DNA from: a virus | Direction: 5' to 3' (one strand) | Length of the DNA stretch: 64,000 bases | IMG/VR virus record: IMGVR_UViG_3300045988_158809 | Shown: positions 7,552 through 17,124 of the stretch, piece by piece | How the letters are laid out: every line of letters starts with the position of its first letter | Numbering within the stretch: the first letter of the stretch is position 1 | Position numbers and translations under genes: made by a program | The notes under the pieces: generated by a model | The model's input: the letters and a program-made list of their open reading frames with translations, nothing else | Databases searched by the model: none | Told to the model about the DNA's origin: nothing

Positions 7552-9096
7552 TTATTTTTGAACTATCTCATACTTAATCTTCGCCTTCTCGCCAAATGCA
7601 GCTTCCGAAGCCTGTTCCAGCAGGGGCTTGAAGTTTTCCTGAATATATGTGTAGAAGAATGCGGTAGGCACTTTAATCGTGACTGTACCGCAGCCCGTTC
7701 CGCCGTAATCGAGAAAGCGTAGCCAGGTGTTATATTCCGTCACGGTGCAGTTGTTCTGAATCACGTCCATGAAGATTTGCCATGCCTGGAGTTCCTTTTC
7801 CGTAGGCTGCGGGGTGGGGGATGCTTCCTTCTCCTCCTGCTGCCCTTTCTGTTCCGGTGGTTCCGGGTGAGCTTCTGGCGTGCGGCTGGTGATGAAGTTC
7901 TTCAGCGAGGTGATGACGTATGCCTTTACTGAGCGCGGCTTGTATCGCTTCACCATATCGCCCAGTTCGAGCACATATTTGCGGAAGTCGTTCACCAGCT
8001 CGTCGGGAAGCATATCCGACAGGCCTTTCACGTCGGTATCGGTCAGCTTGTATTCGGTGCGAAGGAGCGTCCATGCGTCGGCAGGCTGGTTGATGCGCTT
8101 GCGCTGCTGACGGAGTTCTTCGCCCAGTCCTGAAAGCTTTATCTGGAACTGCAGGTTTTCGGGGTTTCCCCGCTTTGCGCCATTCTTGTATAGCGGCTTG
8201 TAATCAAAAGTAAAGTCCACGAGGTTGTATTCAGAAAGTTCGTCCAGATCTTCCTTTATCGGGTCGAGCACAGTGGAACAGAAACGTGAAAATTTGGGGT
8301 AAATGTCCTTATCCACCTTCACCTTGTTTCCGTTCTTGTCAGTTTCGGTCACTTCCTCTATCAGTCCGAGGTACTTTTTAAGCTCTACAAGGTTGACTGA
8401 TTTACTGCCTATATCCTTCCATCGGGTGAGGTAGATGTAGATGGAAGGGGTGCGCTTGCGCCGGCATATACGGGTGATGTGGCGAAGATGGTTCATGTAT
8501 CCCAGTCCGTTTCCGAGGTCGCAAAGGTATCTCAGGGTATTAAGCGACATCTGGACTTCCACATAGTTTTCGCGCCGTGTGGTGCTTTTCTTGTATTTGT
8601 ATGTGCCTCCGATTTTCTCTTTTTCGGGAATACTGATTTCGGTGAACACATTTGCGAACACGCGCCTTAGCTGACCTGTTTCGGCATCCCGGCGTATGTA
8701 AGTGACGGACATGTTTTTCAGATTCCCGCACGTTTCCTGAAGGATATGATACGCGTCCGGCTTTACACCTATCGATGCGGTATCTACGCGCAGAGTGACT
8801 ATCTTGTTTTCGGTCTGTTTATTGTCTTTCGACTTATCCAGGCACTCCGCAAGGTCGTTTTCTTCTGGCATTCCGAGTTCAGGGAAAAGTACGAGCTGAC
8901 GCCCGGCATTTCCTTTTTTCAGGTATTGGTTGAACTGGTCCTGCAGGGAGTTCATGAGTTCTATCATGATGCTTCGCTCCGTGAGGGTGAAGTCGCCTCC
9001 TATCGTGGCGTAAAGATACGGCTGCTTGATAAATTCACAGTCTTTCAGCTCGCTTACAAGCTGGCTTTTCGGCAGAATATCTTTCTGTTTTTTCAT
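7552..9096 (-). CDS. Replication initiator (Rep_3-like N-terminus) with a DnaA-domain-I-like C-terminus
   Basis: The N-terminus FIKQPYLYATIGGDFTLTERSIMIELMNSLQ is plasmid-Rep-like. The C-terminus WQIFMDVIQ...YNTWLRFLDYGG..VTIKVPTAFFYTYIQENFKPLLEQA follows the DnaA N-terminal domain pattern. The gene sits next to the 22-bp iterons. Confidence 0.7.
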   Translation of the reverse strand: MKKQKDILPKSQLVSELKDCEFIKQPYLYATIGGDFTLTERSIMIELMNSLQDQFNQYLKKGNAGRQLVLFPELGMPEENDLAECLDKSKDNKQTENKIVTLRVDTASIGVKPDAYHILQETCGNLKNMSVTYIRRDAETGQLRRVFANVFTEISIPEKEKIGGTYKYKKSTTRRENYVEVQMSLNTLRYLCDLGNGLGYMNHLRHITRICRRKRTPSIYIYLTRWKDIGSKSVNLVELKKYLGLIEEVTETDKNGNKVKVDKDIYPKFSRFCSTVLDPIKEDLDELSEYNLVDFTFDYKPLYKNGAKRGNPENLQFQIKLSGLGEELRQQRKRINQPADAWTLLRTEYKLTDTDVKGLSDMLPDELVNDFRKYVLELGDMVKRYKPRSVKAYVITSLKNFITSRTPEAHPEPPEQKGQQEEKEASPTPQPTEKELQAWQIFMDVIQNNCTVTEYNTWLRFLDYGGTGCGTVTIKVPTAFFYTYIQENFKPLLEQASEAAFGEKAKIKYEIVQK

Positions 9097-9151
9097 GGGA
9101 AAAAGTTTTATATTCGATTCGACACTTTATCTGACCTAAGTATTACTGAGG

Positions 9152-9409
9152 TCAGCTTTTCACTTCGCGTATTTCGAAGTGTCTCTCTCCGCTGGTGAAG
9201 GTGGATACCACGCGCGAGGTATCGTCTTCTATCAGACTGATGAATGACACGCCGAGCACCTGGGCCACTTTCTCCATAAACTCGGTGGTGCAGCTCAGGT
9301 GTCCGTTCATGCGCTGTGAGAGCGCCACCGGAGTCATTCCGAGTTCCTGGGCAAGTTCTATCTGCGACATGCCTTTTTCTTTCAGAATTTCCTTTATTCT
9401 TAATTTCAT
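9152..9409 (-). CDS. XRE-family HTH transcriptional regulator
   Basis: MKLRIKEILKEKGMSQIELAQELGMTPVALSQRMNG... It is the first gene of the Rep operon and faces the iterons. Confidence 0.8.
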   Translation of the reverse strand: MKLRIKEILKEKGMSQIELAQELGMTPVALSQRMNGHLSCTTEFMEKVAQVLGVSFISLIEDDTSRVVSTFTSGERHFEIREVKS

Positions 9410-9510
9410 GATGAATGTGTTTTGTTTCCGGCAAAGGTAGAAATAATTTCTAAATAATGAAATATTATTCTGGCATATTTCTATAAATCGAAATTATAAG
9501 AAAATATATA

Positions 9511-9647
9511 GTTGTAGTAATTTGTACCTTCAGGCTGAAAAGTTGTAGTAAATTGTACTAAATGTTGGGGTAATTTGTACAATAAGTTGTAGTAATTTGT
9601 ACCAAATGTTGTAGTAAATTGTCCCTATAGTTGTAGTAATTTGTACC
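9511..9647 (+). repeat. Iteron array A: six direct copies of GTTGTAGTAATTTGTACC
   Basis: Copies start at 9511, 9542, 9564, 9586, 9608 and 9630. The last five are spaced exactly 22 bp apart. Confidence 0.9.
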
Positions 9648-9840
9648 GAAGCGTTTTTAATTTGCTGATTTTCAATTATTATTGCATCGTTATATATCTA
9701 TATCTTATCATTTCATATTTAAGCAGAACGAAAGGTATTTATTCTATAAATAATAATCTTTCCTCTTTTCCATATACTATGATGGATATATGATATAGAG
9801 AGTTTGTGACGGTTGAATTTCAGAAGGTTACAAATGCGTT
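9648..9840. other. AT-rich spacer between the iteron arrays (candidate DNA-unwinding element)
   Basis: Visibly AT-rich stretch between two oppositely oriented iteron arrays. Confidence 0.5.
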
Positions 9841-9969
9841 TGTACAAATTACTACAACATTTGGTACAAAACGCTCAAACATTAGGGGCAAAACGGTGCA
9901 ACATTACGGCCAAAATGATACAGCATTAGGGACAAAAAGTTCCAACTATACGGTCACAAAAATAGCAGC
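9841..9969 (-). repeat. Iteron array B: six inverted, progressively degenerate copies at a 22-bp period
   Basis: GTACAAATTACTACAAC (9842-9858) is the exact reverse complement of the array A core. Further copies start at 9863, 9885, 9907, 9929 and 9951. Confidence 0.8.
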
Positions 9970-10067
9970 CCCGATTCACATCGGAGCTGCATTTCCGCCG
10001 GTCGCATCCGGCATACTGTAATCAATCTAAAATTCAAGTTTTATGCTAATACTCAATTCAGAGTGCA

Positions 10068-10388
10068 TTATCTGTAGTCTACGCAAATAATCGGCTCTCC
10101 TGCTACCCCCGTTATCATACGGAAACCCTGGGCTCCCAGGAGCTCCAGGTAGTTTACCAGCGGGTCGCCAAGCGGACGAGGGTAAGCCTGAAAATACGAC
10201 CGCAGCCGCGCTTCATCGAAAATCTCGTCGGCATCGGCTTCGTTGTCGGTATATCTGTATGACTTCACAAATGCTTCCACCTTGTGATAGGAAACGAAGT
10301 CGAGCACGCTGGGGCCCGATTGGGTTTCGGCCTGAGACGGTTCCGAATCGTACTCGTCGCGATCGTATTTTCGTTTAGACTTTCCCAT
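10068..10388 (-). CDS. hypothetical protein (106 aa)
   Basis: ORF on the track. No domain recognised. Confidence 0.5.
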   Translation of the reverse strand: MGKSKRKYDRDEYDSEPSQAETQSGPSVLDFVSYHKVEAFVKSYRYTDNEADADEIFDEARLRSYFQAYPRPLGDPLVNYLELLGAQGFRMITGVAGEPIICVDYR

Positions 10389-10625
10389 TTTTCTAAAGCA
10401 TTTTACTTATGTTGAAGAAATTCTATTGCGTTGCAAATATAGGATATTTTCTTTATCTAAATGCTAAAAACGACAATAAATCTCCTTTATGTTTAAAAAT
10501 ATATACCAAAACGGTAAACATTTATGAATACTTTTATATATTTGTGCGCATGAAGGCATCCGTGAGGATATCCAATTCGACTCATTAGTTGGTGAATCGT
10601 ATTCTTTATTTAGGTAACAATTCTT

Positions 10626-10651
10626 CTGCCACGGGAAACCGTGGCAGTTTT
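10626..10651 (+). terminator. Intrinsic-terminator-like hairpin in an ORF-free region
   Basis: CTGCCACGG-GAAA-CCGTGGCAG (9-bp stem, GAAA loop) followed by TTTT. Confidence 0.55.
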
Positions 10652-10745
10652 CCGGGTATTAATGATTTGATAATTCTCATTTTCATTACTTGCTGCGCCT
10701 TTTGTGAAAAATGTGCGGCGGTCTTTTTTTATAGTAGCTATACGA

Positions 10746-10777
10746 GGGAAAGAACCGAAAGATTCTTTCCCTTTTTT
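10746..10777 (+). terminator. Intrinsic terminator in an ORF-free region
   Basis: GGGAAAGAA / TTCTTTCCC 9-bp stem followed by T6. The loop and right arm contain AAAGATTCTTT. Confidence 0.65.
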
Positions 10778-10839
10778 GTGAAAAAACGGCTCAAATGGTA
10801 TATTAACTTTTTGTAATGCCCAAAAACATAAAAAATAAT

Positions 10840-10870
10840 ATACCATTTTGGTATAGATTCTTTATCTTTG
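10840..10870 (+). promoter_or_regulatory. Operator-like site overlapping a -7 box (head of the 10.9-kb operon)
   Basis: Palindrome ATACCATTTTGGTAT (10840-10854), the 22-mer CCATTTTGGTATAGATTCTTTA, and TAtcTTTG at 10863-10870. Confidence 0.6.
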
Positions 10871-10904
10871 TAGCAAAATTTAAAATATTAATACCGGGTA
10901 TGTA

Positions 10905-12650
10905 ATGGAAAACGTTATTACAAATGCTTATGGAACAGGTAATTTATTGTCCAGAAGCAATCTCATGAAAGGCTGTACTTCTTACAGCGCAACGAGTATC
11001 GAAAACTGTTCGGGCGACTTTGCCCGTATGCTGCATCCCGCATCCGTCGGTAATCTGGTCACGGTCAGCAATCCGTACGACAAATTTTCTACGCAGGAAC
11101 GTGAGGCGATGGCCCACACCTGGCACTTTCATCTTATCTCTGCCGAATGCACCTTTGCAGAATATCTGTATAACTATGTGCGCGAACTGGAGCAGATGAT
11201 GGACGCTCACGGTTTGCTGAAGTTCAACGCCAAGCGTCTGGTGAATGAACTGAAGGATACCGTACAGAGTATGCAGGTGCTCGTAAGGGGACACGGACGC
11301 GCACAGATCAAGCTTTTCTGTGTTCCTATCTTCGCCCCGATGGCCGACGAGTATTACAACATCGGCGGAGACCTGACAAGCCGTATCGTGCTGCGCATCC
11401 GCAAGCGCATTGACGAGGAAGTGACCCGTATGTTCTACTGCACGAAGAATATGCTGAACCGTACCGGTTGCCCGTATGCCGACGTGCTGAACCACCTGCA
11501 GATGATTATGTTCGTGGTGACTACCGATATAGAGTTTTCCGACGTGGTGAGAGACCGCGCAAGAAAGTTGCTCGACGGTACCGGAAAGGAGATTCAGTAC
11601 ACCATGTCGAACCACAACGCGCGCATCGTGAAGGCCGCACGCCAGCTCATCCTCCAGCTATACAATGAAACGAAGTATCCTTTCCACAAGGAGGATATGG
11701 AAAACGTGCGTACGCTGGCCCGCGTGATTCAGGAAAGGCTGGTGGGCGAACGTACCCGCGATGCGATGGACGAAGAAATATGGGGTGTGCGCGGCGACTT
11801 TACGCTCTTCGTGCTTCTCCGTCTGGCCATGCGCCTGCAAGGTCAGGGCGAGCCGGTGAGCCGCAAGGAGCTGAAGCATCTGCTGTTCCGCCTGGGCACG
11901 AAAGAGAATGTGCGGGCCTTTGTGAAGGAACTGCGGGCAACCGCTATTCCCGAAGGTGAGGACATGATAGACCGCCTGGAGGGGTTTGACATTCCGGAAA
12001 GCAGTGACACCCTGATGCAGCAGTTTTTCCGCCTGTGTCTGGAAGACAAGTCGATGTACCGGCCTTTCAGCTCGGACGAGGAAGTGAAGATGCGAAATAT
12101 TCGTCAGATGGTGTACTACAGCAAGGACTCCACTATCAGCGATTCTATGCTACGCTACATCTTCATCATGAAGGGAGGAGTGAAGAAGCGGGTGGAAGAG
12201 TTTCTTTCCGCCGCCGGTACCGAAGTGATGCGCAAGACGCTGCGCAAGCTGAAAAAGATGAAGGTGGCCGACCTGCAAGGACGAAAGGGCCGTTACTACT
12301 TTGATTTCTTTAAGGGTATAGACGAGCTGCGTAAGGAGCGCGGACTGAGCGACAAGGGCATGATGCAGGCCATGGGTTTAGGAAAGACGAAATATTACGG
12401 CATGAAGAAAGTCACCTCCATGCGCTATACGCGTGGTGATGAAATAAGCCGTCTGATTCGTGACCTTTCCACTTTCATGAAGGTGGATGCCGCCTATTAC
12501 CTGTATCTGTGCATCCGTGAGACGGACAACGAGCTGGTTTCCGAGCAGACGGTGGAATACGTGCTTCGACGCGGCATTGTGGTGTATCTCACGAATAATG
12601 AAATCATGGCCGAAATGGATTCTGGAGAAGAGTATCAATTGGAAGGATAA
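10905..12650 (+). CDS. hypothetical protein (581 aa)
   Basis: Long GC-richer ORF with no recognisable motif. It lies immediately upstream of the PP-loop gene. Confidence 0.6.
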   Translation: MENVITNAYGTGNLLSRSNLMKGCTSYSATSIENCSGDFARMLHPASVGNLVTVSNPYDKFSTQEREAMAHTWHFHLISAECTFAEYLYNYVRELEQMMDAHGLLKFNAKRLVNELKDTVQSMQVLVRGHGRAQIKLFCVPIFAPMADEYYNIGGDLTSRIVLRIRKRIDEEVTRMFYCTKNMLNRTGCPYADVLNHLQMIMFVVTTDIEFSDVVRDRARKLLDGTGKEIQYTMSNHNARIVKAARQLILQLYNETKYPFHKEDMENVRTLARVIQERLVGERTRDAMDEEIWGVRGDFTLFVLLRLAMRLQGQGEPVSRKELKHLLFRLGTKENVRAFVKELRATAIPEGEDMIDRLEGFDIPESSDTLMQQFFRLCLEDKSMYRPFSSDEEVKMRNIRQMVYYSKDSTISDSMLRYIFIMKGGVKKRVEEFLSAAGTEVMRKTLRKLKKMKVADLQGRKGRYYFDFFKGIDELRKERGLSDKGMMQAMGLGKTKYYGMKKVTSMRYTRGDEISRLIRDLSTFMKVDAAYYLYLCIRETDNELVSEQTVEYVLRRGIVVYLTNNEIMAEMDSGEEYQLEG

Positions 12651-12662
12651 ACAATATATAAA

Positions 12663-13518
12663 ATGAATTTGACAGAGAAAATAGAGTATTCAATTAATCT
12701 ATTGAAAAAGAGTGAGAAAATGGCTCTTAAAATAGACCCTGAAAACGGCTTTTATTTGGCGTTTTCGGGTGGGAAAGACTCACAGGTATTATACCATTTA
12801 GCCGTAATGGGGGGGGGTGAAATTTAAAGCCCACATGAACCTTACAAGCGTAGATCCACCGGAGGTTATCAGGTTCGTAAAACAGCATTATCCTGATGTG
12901 GAACTGATAAAGCCGAAAATGAGTATCTATGATATGGCGAAGAAGAAAGGCTGTCTTCCTACTCAGAAAGTCAGATGGTGCTGTGAGGAATTTAAGGAAA
13001 TGTCTGGGGCCGGCAAGGTTACGTTAATCGGAATAAGACGAGAGGAAAGTGCAAGAAGATCGAAGCGTAATGAGGTAGAAATGAATAATTATAAATTCAG
13101 CGGAAGCTTCGGTCAGTGGAGCGAACATCGCGAGAATATGGTGACTTGCGTGGGAGGAAAAGATAAGATAATTGTCAGTCCGATACTCTACTGGACGAGC
13201 CGCGACGTTTGGGAGTTTCTTAATTCAAACTACATACCTCATTGCAGTCTTTACGATAAAGGGTATAAAAGAATAGGTTGCATACTCTGTCCAATGTCAA
13301 ATTATAAACAAAAGATTAGAGAGATAAGAGATTATCCGCATGTTAAAAGAAATTGGATAAAAGCTATAGAGTGGATGATGGAAAATAAATGGACTGAAAA
13401 ACGTTTAACGGAAGATGCGGAAATGGCTTTCAACTGGTGGATAAGCGGGAAATCTTTCAAACAGTTTTATGCGGATGAATATCTGCAACAGAAGATAGAT
13501 TTTGAGAACGTAAAATGA
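12663..13518 (+). pseudogene. PAPS-reductase-family PP-loop ATPase, interrupted by a frameshift in a G9 tract
   Basis: ATG 12663 gives ...FYLAFSGGKDSQVLYHLAVMGGGEI*. A run of 9 G lies at 12809-12817. Downstream frame 12817..13518 continues with KFKAHMNLTSVDPPEV...RWCCEEFK...GCILCP. Removing one G fuses the two frames. Confidence 0.75.
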
Positions 13519-13524
13519 TTTACT

Positions 13525-14028
13525 ATGAACTATAGAAAAGAAACTGAACTTGGGCCGGATGCCATTCAGAAATGGTGTGAGGAATTGGACAGAAAGCCTA
13601 AGATGGAAATGAGCGAAGAAGATACAAAAATCTTTGTAGGAATAAAGCTTAGAGAAGATAAGATAAACAATGATTTGTATTGTAAGACAATGCTTGCGAT
13701 GTCTCTTGTACATAATAGAATAAAACAGTTTCACACATTCACAGCCAACAATGCTGTGCTGATGTTTCTGGGCTGCATGATTGATCGTCCTGGTATCGCA
13801 GTGGAATACTGTAACTATATGCAGTACAAATGCTGGCAGCACGGAATCAAACACGTTGATATGGATTCATTCAGCAGATATATTTTCCCCATGGGATTTT
13901 TCAGCGAAGAAACTCTTCATGAAATGTGGGAGAAACAGAAAATCATTCCTAAAGACGGCGGAGGTTTGGCAAATATGCTCGATCATCCGGAATTTATGGA
14001 AAGTATCAGAGAGATTAAAGAGAAGTGA
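13525..14028 (+). CDS. hypothetical protein (167 aa)
   Basis: ORF on the track. Confidence 0.55.
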   Translation: MNYRKETELGPDAIQKWCEELDRKPKMEMSEEDTKIFVGIKLREDKINNDLYCKTMLAMSLVHNRIKQFHTFTANNAVLMFLGCMIDRPGIAVEYCNYMQYKCWQHGIKHVDMDSFSRYIFPMGFFSEETLHEMWEKQKIIPKDGGGLANMLDHPEFMESIREIKEK

Positions 14029-14030
14029 GT

Positions 14031-14543
14031 ATGGGAAAGGTTGTATTCGCAAAAACATCATGCAAGTCAGCTTCGGCAAAGCTTATTGACGACAGACTGG
14101 AGAAGGCTTTTGATGATCATATTTATATCGCTTACGATGCCCTGTATAATGATTACGGGGTGACAGGTGATTTGTCTGACGGATTATTTGCTGATAAACA
14201 TGAATTTCAGCTTGATCCGGACGAAGCCGACATGAGCCTTTGGGAGAATATCCGCGATGACTGGTATATTCCGAAAGAAGATGCAGCAGATGAGAATCTT
14301 CGAAAGATATGGAAAGATATTAATGAACTTTTCCCGAAGAAGTCAGAAATAGCAGAAATGCTGAAGTTGCCAGCCGGAACGGAAGTATTGGAATACGTTT
14401 CAAACCGGAAAGGTTTTGATGTGTTCGTATTCTACTTTAATTGCGAGTATAAACCGGAACTTCTGCCCGATGATTTGGAAGAGATTTCCGACAAGGAATA
14501 CGAAAGACTTTCGGGCGGAATTATTGAATTTCTTAAACGATAA
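14031..14543 (+). CDS. hypothetical acidic protein
   Basis: Taken from ORF 14025..14543. I prefer the ATG at 14031. Confidence 0.55.
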   Translation: MGKVVFAKTSCKSASAKLIDDRLEKAFDDHIYIAYDALYNDYGVTGDLSDGLFADKHEFQLDPDEADMSLWENIRDDWYIPKEDAADENLRKIWKDINELFPKKSEIAEMLKLPAGTEVLEYVSNRKGFDVFVFYFNCEYKPELLPDDLEEISDKEYERLSGGIIEFLKR

Positions 14544-14549
14544 ATAGTT

Positions 14550-15032
14550 ATGGACAGATATTACAAAACAGCAAAGGATTCTGAAACTGGGAAGAAGCTT
14601 TCGGAATTGGTAGAAAGATATAACGATTTTGAAGTCAAGAAAAAGGAGTTTGCTGAGAAGTACGGAATAAAAGGATTTTACAGTTATGAAATGTATTTAG
14701 CCCATGTAGGTGATGTAGTGTTTAAAGACAGTTCGCATGTAGATAAAAACAACTGGAAGAAAGGCTGTGCTTCAAACGCCTACCTGCCTAAGCAGAACCC
14801 GAAAGACAGGCAGCTCAAAAAAGACTGGGAAGAGCTTCGTTCTAAATCCATCCAGCGTTTTGAGCTTGATAAGATTGTAGGAGGTAAGGATCCGTTTCAC
14901 ATGTGCGGATTTGATTACTCCTCCGAAGATTACTTCTTCATCATCACAAACAAACCGGAGAAATTCGATTTTCCTTTCGACGTGATAGAGATTAGTAACC
15001 TGGAATATTTGGAACTTACAAAACAGAAATGA
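14550..15032 (+). CDS. hypothetical protein (160 aa)
   Basis: ORF on the track. Confidence 0.55.
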   Translation: MDRYYKTAKDSETGKKLSELVERYNDFEVKKKEFAEKYGIKGFYSYEMYLAHVGDVVFKDSSHVDKNNWKKGCASNAYLPKQNPKDRQLKKDWEELRSKSIQRFELDKIVGGKDPFHMCGFDYSSEDYFFIITNKPEKFDFPFDVIEISNLEYLELTKQK

Positions 15033-15033
15033 T

Positions 15034-16026
15034 ATGGAAAACAAATTACCGAAATATATCAAAGGACAGTTTGTGGTAATGAGAAGTATAGAAGAGCTTC
15101 GAGCCATGAATTATAAAGACGATGTGCTTAATTTTGTCCGTCCACTTGCGGGACAGGTAGTTATTATAGATAATGTTTCTAAAGCAGCGAATTCTTATTT
15201 TTATACCGTACGAAAGTATAAGGAAAATCATTGTGTAATGGTACATGAAGATTTTATTTTGTGCGATGCAAACGGCCGGACGCAAAGAGAATCTCTTGAA
15301 TGTCGCAATGAAATAGACAGTATAATAGCTCGTGATATTCATGTAGCGCAATTAGATACCAGCAAGTTCAATCCCAGCCCTATGGAAACATGGAAAGCCT
15401 TGTTTGCCAGTGTAGAATCTTTTCTCTCCGTTGCTTCTCCTGATATACAGGCATGGGCAGCCGGACAACTATATGGTTACTCTGAATGTCTGATGCAGCA
15501 GATAACTGAAACGCCTATAGAAGCTCCGGATACCGGGAAGGAAGATTTCAATGCTACAATTCTTGTATGTCTTGCAGATGATGTACTGGAATGTCCGAAT
15601 GAATGTGGAGGAAAAGAATTTGCTACTGGTACATTTAAACTGAAAGATGGTGCTTATTTCAGTAAGTACAGGATAAAGTCGTCATGTGTAGTTTATACTT
15701 CAAAAAACATCGGATTAAGAAGTTATAACCATAAATCCGGACTTTTTTCTTTGGGATTTACAATTCGTCAGGAAGGATTTACTGAAGAAGATTTAAAGGA
15801 TTTCCTGTTTAAATTTAAGGGAAGGAGAGTGGTTTTATTGTATAAGGAAGATGACAAAACATATTATAGCTGTATTTATACCAATGATATTACTTCTTCT
15901 TATGTGAATTTTCTTTTAGATGAATCTGGTCTGAAATATGTTAGCCTGATTGCAGAAAGAGTTTTTGCTTTAGAGATAAGATTAAAAGAAGAGGATTTGA
16001 ATTTATCTGAATTATTAAAAGACTAA
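15034..16026 (+). CDS. hypothetical protein (330 aa)
   Basis: ORF on the track, starting 1 nt after the previous stop. Confidence 0.6.
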   Translation: MENKLPKYIKGQFVVMRSIEELRAMNYKDDVLNFVRPLAGQVVIIDNVSKAANSYFYTVRKYKENHCVMVHEDFILCDANGRTQRESLECRNEIDSIIARDIHVAQLDTSKFNPSPMETWKALFASVESFLSVASPDIQAWAAGQLYGYSECLMQQITETPIEAPDTGKEDFNATILVCLADDVLECPNECGGKEFATGTFKLKDGAYFSKYRIKSSCVVYTSKNIGLRSYNHKSGLFSLGFTIRQEGFTEEDLKDFLFKFKGRRVVLLYKEDDKTYYSCIYTNDITSSYVNFLLDESGLKYVSLIAERVFALEIRLKEEDLNLSELLKD

Positions 16027-16030
16027 TTCT

Positions 16031-16327
16031 ATGAATAACCTGATACAAATACCTCCCATAACCAACCGATTGGGGCAGGGTTGGGAACAGCCGGATGCAG
16101 CCGAAATACTGGTGGACGATGAATATGCAGTAATGTCGAAGGAAGCTTTCGATAAACTAAAAGACTATACAGCTTCTCAACCTACAGCACTTTATAATGG
16201 GAAGATGTGGAAAGCATGTTATCGTACGAAAGACGGCCCGTTATGGGTGTTGCACTACTGTTTCAATGAGGATATGGAAAATAATCTGATAGATATCGCC
16301 GCACGTGATATTTTGATTTTGGAATAA
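16031..16327 (+). CDS. hypothetical protein (98 aa)
   Basis: ORF on the track. Confidence 0.5.
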   Translation: MNNLIQIPPITNRLGQGWEQPDAAEILVDDEYAVMSKEAFDKLKDYTASQPTALYNGKMWKACYRTKDGPLWVLHYCFNEDMENNLIDIAARDILILE

Positions 16328-16347
16328 CACAGAAAGGAGAAAGACAC

Positions 16348-17124
16348 ATGTTCACATTGACACAAGCTACACCCACCGGCGGAGATTGTACCGCCGGTTA
16401 CGATGTGAAATTCAGTAATGAATATACCGTAAGAGAGCTTATAGAAGAAGTTTTAAAGACGCATCCCGGAGAGTGGGGATATTTCGAGTTAAAGAATTTA
16501 GGAGTCAGAACGGATTATAAGCGTGGAAGACTGCTGAAACAGCATTTTGCCGATGAACTTCTGAACTCAAAGATAGTGAAAGCTTATGCTTCGGGCGGAT
16601 GGTCACGTATGGATTATTACCTGACCATAGAGCTGAAAGACGAGCATCCGGATAAATCAGTAAAACCTACTGAAGTGAAAGGGTGTTTCCAGAATGGAAA
16701 TAACCACCCGCAACCTTTGGAAACGCTGGTTCCTCTCCGGTATAGTGAGGAAAATCAGAAAGACCTTCAGATAGTAAAGCTGAAAAGGATTATCGAGGAC
16801 TACAAGAAGTATGACGCACGAAGGAAGGAATATTACGCTAAATCTATGATTCGACTGGGGATGCTTGAATCCGCATTCGATGAATTGAAAGAGTGCGGTT
16901 CCTACAATTCGCTAAAGGCAAAAGTTTTGTCTCAAAGAATTGAGATTGCCAGGTTGCTTCGCATACAGGGAGTAAATGAACTGTACCACAAGATAGACCC
17001 GGACATGATTGATCACATAAAGTCTGTTTCTGAACTGATAATAGAGAATGAGGAGCTGAAGAAACGGGTCGATAGTTTGAACTACATTGTCAGCAAGCTG
17101 CTGAGAAAGGAGAATAATCAATGA
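16348..17124 (+). CDS. hypothetical protein with a coiled-coil C-terminus
   Basis: ORF on the track. AAGGAG lies 8 nt upstream of the ATG. Confidence 0.6.
   Translation: MFTLTQATPTGGDCTAGYDVKFSNEYTVRELIEEVLKTHPGEWGYFELKNLGVRTDYKRGRLLKQHFADELLNSKIVKAYASGGWSRMDYYLTIELKDEHPDKSVKPTEVKGCFQNGNNHPQPLETLVPLRYSEENQKDLQIVKLKRIIEDYKKYDARRKEYYAKSMIRLGMLESAFDELKECGSYNSLKAKVLSQRIEIARLLRIQGVNELYHKIDPDMIDHIKSVSELIIENEELKKRVDSLNYIVSKLLRKENNQ

Noticed and set aside
9511-9969. Regularly spaced repeats that could be mistaken for a CRISPR array.
   Set aside because: The 18-nt repeats recur every 22 bp, leaving only 4-nt gaps. The second array is inverted and degenerate. They sit next to a Rep gene and an AT-rich spacer, so they are iterons.
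9806-10021. 71-aa ORF on the track.
   Set aside because: It lies entirely on the inverted iteron array. Its periodic peptide is a by-product of the 22-bp repeat.
10589-10846. Two mutually overlapping ORFs (75 aa on the plus strand, 78 aa on the minus strand).
   Set aside because: They cover the terminator-grade hairpins and each other. The region is better explained as non-coding.
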